A stretch of DNA of 63,630 nt, filler included, from Octopus bimaculoides (taxonomy: Eukaryota): NCBI RefSeq assembly GCF_001194135.2. It is 5 parts of 4 records of this genome, joined end to end, with 100 filler letters (N's around TTAATTAATTAA, not from the genome) between each part and the next. Parts side by side here need not be neighbours in the genome. Positions count along the whole stretch, not along the records: positions 50,065 to 63,630 come from NC_068983.1; 4 more parts are not named here. One strand, given 5' to 3'. Position numbers and translations under genes: made by a program. The first letter of the stretch is position 1. Every line of letters starts with the position of its first letter. This document shows positions 54,495 through 63,630 of the stretch, piece by piece. The notes beneath the pieces are model-generated. The model was not told where the DNA came from, did no database searches, and saw only the letters and a program-made list of their open reading frames with translations.

Positions 54495-55256
54495 TTAATA
54501 ATGGAGATTTCGAATAATATACCCACTCTGCTGACAGATACACTAGTGCCTCTTTTCCCTTACTTAGGGTCACTTAGACACTCACATGCATATATATATA
54601 TATATATATATATGTATATGTATGTAGGCAATGTACATTGATAGGAGTATGGAAATAGAAAAAAACACCAGATGGCAAGAAATGTAAAAATATTTATATA
54701 GAGATGGAATATCTAGAATAAAGTCCGTATAGTAGAATGAGAGGAAATTCATCCTTTTTTTTTGTTTCTGGAAAGGGACCATGAAAAGAGCGTTTATATT
54801 TCTTCATCTCATAAAATTCCAACAGCTTCAATGAATTAACTTGTTATCCAACTTATCTTTAATGACCTCAACATTATAAGCCTCCTCTCTGAGACATACG
54901 GTTGTCCTATGTAATAAAATGGTGTATTCTCTTCTGTTTCTGATAATCCTTTTTGTTTTTATCGATTAATGCTTGTCTTTCTTGGAAATAAACTACAAGG
55001 GTGTTTTGTTTTGTTCAACAATAATAACGGCCCCTCTAAATATAAACTCTTGATTTACAAGCTGACATCATTGCAGATATACTTTCTAAATAACCTGGAT
55101 CTGTGCTAGTGTGTTAACAATTTCAGGTGAAAGCGGGCTTCTTATAGCATTAACTCATACAATCAGACTGGCTTTCTTTTGTTCTTTACCCCACACCCTT
55201 TAATTTTCCTTTTTATAATATATTCTGAATCTCCTTTGTTTCTTTTTTTCTTGTAG

Positions 55257-55472
55257 CTGGAATTTTTTACCCGAGAACCTAATCCTTGCAATGTCCTGGA
55301 TGGAGAAGAAGGCATCCTGTTTGTCTATTACCCAGATGGTCGATCGACTGGAGATGCCTTTGTTTTATTCAGTTCAGAAGAAGAAGCTTCCAAGGCACTT
55401 AAGAAACACCGGGACACGATGGGAACACGCTACATCGAGCTGTTCAAAAGCACAATGGCCGAAGTACAGCAG
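55257..55472 (+). CDS. ESRP: ESRP/fusilli exon: qRRM2 C-terminal part
   Basis: LEFF...[21 protein letters not shown]...ALKKH...[15 protein letters not shown] matches ESRP qRRM2. AG/GT at 55256/55473; 72 codons, phase 0-0. Confidence 0.93.
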
Positions 55473-55829
55473 GTAAGCGAGTTGCTGTCCCAGTTCAGCC
55501 ACTGAATAACCCTTCCACGACTGTTGACTCAGAAAATAGGTTGGGTTGTTGTTACAAAGAAAATATTTACATCAAGTTTCACAATAAAAACCTGATAAAA
55601 ACAAGATAATCAGAACAAAAATATATAATGTAGGATAGATTTCAATGAAAAGATTTCTATTTAGTTTGAAATTTCTGTGAAAAATAGCTGGTCATAAAAG
55701 AGTCAACTCCCGTAGAAATTATGTGAAATATTTCCTGAGAACTGGTTTAATGTAGCTATTACTGACTAAAATACCTGATTAGAAAAAAGTAGAAGAACTG
55801 GTATGTTTAGTAAAATTATTATTATTATT

Positions 55830-56322
55830 TACTTTGAAGCATGACCTTCGAACGTTGGGCCTCGGAAAGGCAATGACAAACAACCAAGACCTTTGGAGAT
55901 ATACCATGCTTGAGAAGACCCAGCAAGACAAGTGAGATTGTAGTCATGGCCGATGCCGGTGTCACATAGCTGGCCCATTTAAAAGCACCCTTCAATCGTT
56001 GGGTAATATGCTGTGCTTGTGAAGACCTGTTGAACTGAGTGAAATAGCAGTCATAGTAGATGCCAGTGCCGCCTGACTGGCACTTGTACCGGTGGCACAT
56101 AAAAAGCACCATTCAAACATTGCTAGTGCCAGTGCCGTCTGACTGGCTCCCATGCTGGCGGCACGTAAAAGCACCCACTACACTCTCTGAGTGGTTGGCG
56201 TTAGGAAGGGCATCCAGATCAGATTGGTGCCTGGTGCAGCCTCCCAACTTGCTAGTCCTCAGTCAAACCATCCAACCCATGCCAGTATGGAAAGCAGATG
56301 TTAAATGATGATGATGATGATG
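55830..56322 (+). mobile_element. Family C repeat (long copy with (GAT)n tail)
   Basis: Internal repeated GGCAC(G/A)TAAAAGCACC units; ends GTTAAATGATGATGATG. Confidence 0.7.
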
Positions 56323-56934
56323 ACTTCATTTTAAATTACCATATTTGGTATTGAAAACTGAAGATTTCATACCAAAGTTTCAGGTACTATATCTAAGGTT
56401 ACTTAAAAAAGTGGAAACTTCATGTTTTCATATTTTGATGTCCAAAATATCTCAGAAAATTACACATGCTTCTACAGATCTGCTTGTCTGTGTGAGTGTG
56501 TGTGAAGATGCATGGCCTATGGGTTAGGTTATTCAGCTTGTAATTCTGTCAAGTCTTCAATTTTAGGACCAGGCTTCAGTGCATTGTACCCTTGAGCAAA
56601 GGTTCAATTCATTTTATATTGTTCCAATCTGTCCAACAAGAAATGCATCTCTCTCTTTCTCTCTCTCTCTCTTCCTCCAGCTGTCACACCCTGGACATGC
56701 TGCTGGGTTAAAGGGTGACTGGGTCAACAAGGTGTCTTATGACTGCTCATGACTATACAGGCACCTAAAACAATGAGTGAAAGCATGGTGCATATTACCA
56801 GATCATATTTGTTGACAGGGACTGCTGGTTCTAAATACACACAACCACAGACATATATCTGTTTAATGTTGACTGTTTGGAAAAAAGCAAAGTCAATACC
56901 ATAACAGAGATTAATATTATTTCTATTTAAGTAA

Positions 56935-57306
56935 GTTGGCAGAAATGTTAGCGTGCCAGGCGAAATACTTAGCAGTATTTCATCTATCTTTACCTTTCAT
57001 CTTTTTGGGGTTGATAAATTAAGTACCAGTTGCGTACTGGGGTTGATCTAATCAACTGGCCCCTTCCCCCAAAATTTCAGGCCTTGTGCCTAGAGTAGAA
57101 AAATATTGTTAGTATGCCAGGCGAAATGCTTAGCGGTATTTCGTCTGTCTTTATGTTCTGAGTTCAAATTCCGCCGAGGTTGACTTTGCCTTTCATCATT
57201 TGGAGGGGGTGGGATAAAATAGTACCAGTTATGCTCCGGGGTCAATGTAATCAACTAGCCCTCTCCCTTAAATTTGCTGGCCTTGAGCCAAATTTTGAAA
57301 CCAATA
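56935..57306 (+). mobile_element. Two tandem SINE family A copies
   Basis: Copies at about 56935-57103 and 57110-57306. Confidence 0.75.
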
Positions 57307-57623
57307 CTATTTCTATTATATCTAGTCTGTTGCAACTCTGAGATTAATTTGTTACTCGCCGAGTCATCAGGCGCATTGTGACTCTAAGTTAATTGCTAAG
57401 ATCTTCAAAAGAAAGTGGTGCTAACTCGACCTTTAAAAGAACCAACAGGATTCAGAAAAAAAAGCGAAACAGTTGCACTGAATGTCAGAGAGTTCATAAT
57501 GTAACAATTACTTATTGTAAAATGTTTACTAATAGAAGAAGGAACTTCCTCCAAATGCTACAAGACACCTGGCTAAGTTTAACCAAGATAAATCTCTATA
57601 CCATGTTGTTTTGTTTGTTGTAG

Positions 57624-57872
57624 GTGCTAAACCGTAGCATGGACCCAAGGAACCCTGAACAACAGGAAACTACTCTTCCACCACTGATAGCCACACATCC
57701 AACGTCTGGGCCTTTGGTGCCGCACAACATGATTTCTGCATCTCGCAAGCGCGACTGCATACGGTTACGAAACCTTCCCACTGGGGCCCACGTCACTGAT
57801 ATCTTGACTTACCTTGGGGAATATTCCCAATTTATTGTTTATCAAGGAGTTCATATGGTTTATGGTGCTAAT
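57624..57872 (+). CDS. ESRP: ESRP/fusilli exon: linker + qRRM3 N-half
   Basis: VLNR...RDCIRLRNLP...IVYQGVHMVYGAN; tag|GTG acceptor, AAT|GTGAGT donor; 83 codons, phase 0-0. Confidence 0.93.
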
Positions 57873-58029
57873 GTGAGTAGGTCCTCTTCACCCCTAATTT
57901 TCACTCTCTTCTCTCTTTATCCATTCTTTTTGCCTTAACCTTTTTTCTGTGTTGGTCATCTCTGTCCGTCCCCTTCTCCCTGCCTGCCTCTTATTTCTGC
58001 TCTTCATGTTTTCTTTCATTATCTTCTGT

Positions 58030-58532
58030 TGTTTACTAGTTTCAGTCATTAGACTGCAGCCATGCTGGGGCACCGCTCTGAAGAATTTTAGTCAAATGAA
58101 ATGACTCCGGTACTTATTTTTTTTTAAAGATTGATACTTGTTCTATCAGTCTCTTTTGCCGAACCACTAAGTTACAGGGATGTAAGCCGAACCAGTAAGT
58201 TACACCTCTTGTCAAGTGATGGTGGGAGATAAACACAGACACAAATACACTCACTCATATATATATATATGTATATATATATGGGCACAGGCATGGCTGT
58301 GTGGTAAGTGGCTTGCTTCCCAACCACATGGTTCCGGGTTCAGTCCCACTGCATGGCATGTTGGGCAAGTGTCTTCTATAGCCTCAGGCCAACCAAAGCC
58401 TTGTGAGTGGATTTGGTAGATGGAAACTGAAAGAAGCATGTNNNNNNNNNNCCTCAGGCCAACCAAAGCCTTGTGAGTGGATTTGGTAGATGGAAACTGA
58501 AAGAAGCATGTCATATATATGTGTGTGTGTGT

Positions 58533-58568
<36 letters not shown>

Positions 58569-58752
58569 TTGTTTGTCTGTGTTTGTCCCCCCACCATCGC
58601 TTCACAACCGATGTTGGTGTGTTTATGTCGCCATAAATAAGTGGTTTGGCAAAAGAGACCGATAGAATAAGTACTAGGCTTACAAAGAATAAGTCCAACT
58701 AAAGGCGGTACTCCAGCATGGCTGCAGTCAGATAACTGAAACAAGTAAAAAA

Positions 58753-58786
<34 letters not shown>

Positions 58787-58945
58787 GCACACAATGGGCT
58801 CTTTTCAGTTTCTGTCTACTAAATCCAGCCGCAAGACTTTGGTTGGCCTGAGGTTATAGTAGAAGACACTTGCCAAAGGTGCCATGCAGTGGGAATGAGC
58901 CTGGAACCATGTGGTTGAGAAGTAAGCATCTTACCACAGAGCCAC
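58030..58945. mobile_element. Cluster of SINE family B pieces in alternating orientation
   Basis: Minus 58030-58250, plus 58290-58745 (spanning a gap), minus 58795-58945. Confidence 0.75.
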
Positions 58946-59431
58946 GCATGCACTTACTTTCCTTAATATATTTTCTCCTCGTTTCTGTCTGCTGTCTTTG
59001 TAGTGGTTCAGTGAAGCAAAACTTTTTAATTTCATCCTACTTCAACCTGGTTCTGTTTTTGTAACAATAATATCTGAAGTAAATCTTTTTATCATAATTT
59101 ATTTAAGCGCAACAATGACAGTCATTTTCATTCTTAATACATTTCAGCATATTAAGAATAGAAATATGTTGTTAATTACTGTTGTGTGTTGATTTGGGAG
59201 AACAACTTCTCCTTTCAGACAATGTGTGTTCATTGAAGTAAGCCGTCTTTGAGACTCTTTGTGATCCAATGTGTTACTGTCTCATCAGTCAAAGCTACCC
59301 CCAGATCAACGGATCTAAACAGGAGTGATAACTCTTGTTTATATGATTCAGCAAACAAAATATTTGCTCATGTCTGTGAAACCAGTAATAAACTGTCATG
59401 TATTATCTAACTTAAAGACAGGTGAAGGTTA

Positions 59432-59833
59432 TACAGTTTTATATTTAAGAGATGAGGAATTATGTACATTATTTACATCTGACGGATATTTGTCCTCATC
59501 TTGTTTGTTGTTAACACGTTTCGGCTGATATACCTGCCAGCCTTCATTAGGTGTCTTGTGGAGATTTTGAACCTGGGTTCTCATTCCTAAGGTATGTTTC
59601 GATGTTATTATCATTATGGCGTAGTGGTTAAGAATGCGGGCTACTAATCCCAAGATTCCGAGTTTGATTCCAGGTAGTGACCTGAATAATAATAATAACA
59701 TTGAAAAATACCTTAGGAATGAGAACCCAGATTGGAAATTTCCCCAAGTCACCTGATGAAGGCTGGAGGGTATATCAGCCAAAACGTGTTAACAACAAAC
59801 AAGATGAGGACAAATATCTGTCAAATGTAAATA
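59432..59833. mobile_element. Family E (tRNA head + hammerhead tail) inverted composite 2
   Basis: Reverse tail 59432-59615 joined to a forward copy 59616-59833; TSD AGGTGAAGGTTA at 59420-59431 and 59834-59845; mutated hammerheads at 59513-59555(-) and 59748-59790(+). Confidence 0.88.
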
Positions 59834-60081
59834 AGGTGAAGGTTANNNNNNNNNNAACAAACAAGATGAGGACAAATATCTGTCAAATGTAAATAAGGTG
59901 AAGGTTAGTGACAGAAAAAGCATCCAGCCATAAATAAATTTGCTTCAATGAATTTTGTCTGACCCATACAAGCATGAAAAAGGGAACATTAAAATGACAT
60001 TGGTAATGTTACATTCTGTCTTTGATAAAAAGAAATACCGCCAATTTGTAGTCTGTATCTTTAAACCTCTTTTTCCTTCAG

Positions 60082-60307
60082 GGTGAACTTTCTGGAGAAG
60101 CTTTCATCCAAATGAACTCTGAAGATTCAGCACACATCACAGGCATCAACAAACACAAAAAACCTATGATTTTTTCTAACAAGAAGCGTGTCATAGATGT
60201 CATTCAGTGCTCTGCAGACGACATGAACCTTGTCTTGGCCAACGGCGTCCCAACCATTCTTCCATCTCATCCCCCCATAATGCCACGTCCAATGTTTGCA
60301 CCTCCAC
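60082..60307 (+). CDS. ESRP: ESRP/fusilli exon: qRRM3 C-half + Pro-rich start
   Basis: GELSGEAFIQMNSEDSA...VIQCSADDMNLVL; cag| acceptor, CAC|GTAAGA donor; phase 0-1. Confidence 0.92.
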
Positions 60308-60934
60308 GTAAGACAAAGAACTTTCATACCATCTTTTGACTCTGCAGTATTTATTGATGTATAAAAGAGGCAGTTTCTGCTTTTGAATGTATTCAAAAAT
60401 GGCCCTGGGTCTATTGTAGCAATAATAAGGATGGGGCACCCAGTGCCATAGACTAGGGAGCCATTCCTAAGGTATTTTTCGATGTTATTATTATGCATAC
60501 TATACAATTGATCTGAAACAAGATAAAGTTAACACAAGGTATTCTCATAACAGTTTATGATCAATTTATGGTTCCATACCTTATTTTAGTATACTATCAG
60601 AATATTGTATTTACCTGTAGAGAATCATACATTTTCCCCTACAAAAACCACTTTGAAATATATTTCAATTAGTGTACAACAAAATATATAATAGATTTGC
60701 TATTTCCACAAAATGTCCTTATAGAATATGGGTGTCTTATATTCTGGCAAATGCAGTCCATTTCCAACATAGATGTGATATATTAGATATTTATAACCAA
60801 AGATGGTTGGAATCCTACACTATTACATCATGGGATAGCAACAGCACTGAAGACTTGCTTTTCATGTAACAATTATTTGTAGTCCCAGTATTCTATAGCT
60901 AACATTATTTTCCTTATATTTCCTCTCCCCAAAG

Positions 60935-61186
60935 CAGTGCTTCTCAACCATGGCCCACATAAAATTTTGTTGTTTAAAATTATGTGCAATAAACTGGTTA
61001 TATTTCTACAGTACACAAAATGTTCTTAACAATTTTTTTTTATTTACATTATTTACATTTGACGGATATTTGTCCTCATCTTGTTTGTTGTAAACACAAT
61101 GTTTTGGCTGATGTATCCTCCAGCCTTCATCAGGTGTCCTGAGGGATTTTCGAACCAGGGTTCTCATTCCTAAGGTATTTTTCTGA

Positions 61187-61220
<34 letters not shown>

Positions 61221-61775
61221 ATCACTGCCTGGAATCGAACTTGGAATCTTGGGGTTAGTAGCCCGCGCTCTTAACCACTATGCCATATGCCTGTGGGCAT
61301 ATGAGTGTAGTGGTTAAGAGTGTGGGCTACTAACCCCATGGGCGTAGTGGTTAAGAACATGGGCTACTGACCCCAAGATTCCAAGTTTGATTCCAGGTTG
61401 TGACTTGAATAATAATAATAATAATAATGATAATAATAATAATAATAACAACAACAACAACAATATCGAAAAATACCTTAGGAATGAGAACCCAGGTTCG
61501 AAATTTCCCCAAGGCACCTGATGAAGGCTGGAGGGTATATCAGCCGAAACGTGTTAACAACAAACAAGATGAGGACAAATATCCGTCAAATGTAAATAAT
61601 GTACAGAATTCTTCATCTCTCAAATATAAAACTGAATTTTTTTTTATACAATTTTTAATAATATTCAATTCTAAAAAAATATAATGGGAATTTTTTAAAC
61701 GACTGGCTGTGAGGGTCCTTAGAGTAGAACAGGAATCAAATTGGTCCAAAGGCAAAAAATGGTTGAGAATCACTG
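60935..61775. mobile_element. hAT (Charlie-like) MITE interrupted by family E composite 3
   Basis: 15-bp TIRs CAGTG(C/A)TTCTCAACC; 8-bp flanks CCCCAAAG / CTCTAAAG (6/8). Confidence 0.75.
61044..61634. mobile_element. Family E inverted composite 3 (head-to-head palindrome)
   Basis: Reverse copy 61044-61291, 3-nt spacer, forward copy 61295-61634 with a partly duplicated head. TSD AATTTTTTTTTAT at 61031-61043 and 61635-61647; hammerhead motifs at 61093-61138(-) and 61513-61556(+). Confidence 0.88.
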
Positions 61776-61921
61776 CTCTAAAGGCTCTGGTTAGAAAGTC
61801 TTTTACAAACAATGTCTAAGATAACCATATTCTTCACTTACTTCCTCTTCATCCTTATAGTCTTGCCTTGAATTTTATCTCACTCCTGAACCATTATTTT
61901 TGTATGTTTTTCTTTTTCTAG

Positions 61922-62196
61922 ATGGCACTTCTCTCATTCCAACACCAAATGCACTTACAGGAGTAATTCCTTACAGTCCTATTCCACAAACTGTACCTTC
62001 TTTTCCCCATCCAACTTTGGCACACTTGCCTCCACGACCTTCATATTACCCTCCTGTCTTTTACTGGTACCCAAGTCCACCCGTTTCCCCACAGACCTAC
62101 TATGCTCAAAATGGTCCATCTGTTGTTGTAATGAGAGGGCTTCCCTATAACTCATCTGTCCAAGACATTGTCAACTTCTTCCAAGGGTTCCCTGAG
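61922..62196 (+). CDS. ESRP: ESRP/fusilli exon: Pro/Tyr-rich region (YPSPPVSP) + start of fourth qRRM
   Basis: In phase 1 with the 60307 donor; WYPSPPVSP and VVVMRGLPYNSSVQDIVNFFQGF; donor GAG|GTAAGT. Confidence 0.92.
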
Positions 62197-62274
62197 GTAA
62201 GTGCCACTCGTTTCTAAAATGGCATGATTGTCTATTCCTTTACTATTTTCTATTCTGTAAAAGACTGCAATGTA

Positions 62275-62491
62275 CAGGTTTGGCCAAAAGTCACCTGACA
62301 GTAAATCAAAACCATTTAATTCCAAGAACTGAATGAATTTAATAAAAGCATCTAAATATGAAACATCCTGGGAATTGTTCAAACTGAAGTCCTTCTTGAG
62401 AGACACCATTTTCCCATTAGAATCAATACGGAAATACAGGTAGTATTTATGGAATTTCGATTTACTGTCGGGTGACTTTTGGCCAACCCTG
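62275..62491. mobile_element. Tc1/mariner-type MITE (217 bp)
   Basis: 33-bp TIRs CAGG(T/G)TTGGCCAAAAGTCACC(T/C)GACAGTAAATC (31/33) with TA on both sides. Confidence 0.9.
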
Positions 62492-62527
62492 TATATCTAC
62501 CCCCAATGTATACATGCACATTGCTAG

Positions 62528-62840
62528 AGAGGATGCATGGATTAATAGTTAGGGTATTTGGCTCACAATCATAAGGCTGTGAGTTCAATTCCCAGTGGTG
62601 TCTGTAAACAAGACACTTTATTTCATGTTCCAGTACACTCTGCTCACAGACATGAGCTGTACCTGTAATTCAAAGGGGCCAGCCTTGTCACATTCCGTAT
62701 CAAGCTGACTCTCATTGAGAACTATGTTAAGGGTGAATGTGTGTGTGTGTGGAGTACTCAGCCACTTGCATGTTAATTTCATGAGCAGGCTCTTCCTTTG
62801 ATTGGATCAACCGGACCCTTTATCGTTCTAACCAATGGGG
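62528..62840 (+). mobile_element. Old tRNA-derived SINE
   Basis: Degenerate box A and box B (GAGTTCAATTCCC), followed by a repeat-like body. Confidence 0.5.
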
Positions 62841-63449
62841 TCCCAGTTAGATATTCACATACACTCAATGAGAAGTCCAATAAAATTCTGCTTCATTTTT
62901 ATTTTCTATTTAAAAATTTTTTGCTTTTGTGGGGAAAATTCTACTAAAACAAACAAAAGTTTCTCAACAAAACTTACCCCTGGTGACCCCTGTTCCACTA
63001 AATCATATCTTTTGGGTAACTCCACTAATTATTTCTTCAGGGTGACCCCCACCCACTGCCAAATTATTTTTAATTGATGTTTGGTTTTTTTTTTTTTATT
63101 TCAATAAAATTATATATGTATGGCTGTTAATTAACTTACAAGGGAAGAAATGAACTAATCCTAATATCCAGGTGGTTTAATATTTCATTGGGATTAACCT
63201 AGGCTGATTAAGAACCTCAGTTGGTTTTAATCAGCCAACTTGGCATTGTTTTAGGAGCAAATATATTTTGTAAAATTTTTCACTCTGAGACAATTTTTTT
63301 TTAAATGTATAAAAAAAAAAAAAAAACAAGAGAAAGAAACCTGCTGGCTTGGTGAAGGATTGTAAAGTGTCTGAATTCTTCTTATTTCTTTTGTTTTCCA
63401 ACCCTTAAAAATGTAACAGCTGTTTCTCTTTTAATTTTGGTTCTTGTAG

Positions 63450-63473
63450 CAGAGTTCGTCAAGAAACTCACAG
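63450..63473 (+). other. Candidate 24/21-nt microexon with tandem (NAGNAG) acceptor
   Basis: Pyrimidine tract, TAG|CAG|, open phase 0 (QSSSRNSQ), donor CAG|GTACAT. Confidence 0.3.
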
Positions 63474-63630
63474 GTACATGTCACACTTCTATTACAAATT
63501 GCTTGCTTTGCATGTTTCTTGGGTGTAGTGAAGCTTTTTTCTGTTCTTCAAAGTAGATTTTTGTCCATTCTAACATTTTTAAAGCAAAACAAAACAAAAG
63601 AAAATAATAATGATAAGGTAATCTTATTTT

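Noticed and set aside
58382-58510. Exact duplications on both sides of 10-N gaps (also 59796-59905)
   Set aside because: Unmerged contig overlaps, not biological tandem repeats.

Overview
Repeat-rich, gapped animal genomic scaffold. The SINE, microsatellite and transposon content suggests an octopus (coleoid cephalopod); this is an inference. Two host genes lie on the + strand. (1) An unidentified gene with a probable non-coding first exon near 15.8 kb, a 2.46-kb exon encoding a disordered S/K/E/N-rich region (16180-18638) and a 139-bp exon (22692-22830). (2) Four in-phase exons of an ESRP/fusilli splicing regulator (55257-62196: qRRM2 C-half, qRRM3, a Pro/Tyr-rich linker and the start of a fourth qRRM); its 5' exons were not found. 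The rest is mostly decayed mobile DNA: a Helitron, four mariner copies, a Tigger/pogo, a DD36E Tc1 element, an R4/Dong-type LINE in a (TAA)n array, RTE and CR1/Jockey-like LINE pieces, piggyBac/hAT/Tc1 MITEs and several SINE families. The most notable observation is a tRNA-headed SINE-like family whose tail contains a Penelope-type minimal hammerhead ribozyme. At all three loci it is inserted as an inverted composite flanked by 12-13 bp target-site duplications, which points to mobilisation by a Penelope-like retroelement. A separate, apparently intact type I hammerhead lies at 49668-49775. Other leads are a candidate poison exon upstream of the ESRP exons, a qRRM3 that has lost key RNA-contact residues, and long hairpins in the ESRP introns. 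Repeat boundaries are approximate unless TIRs or TSDs are quoted.
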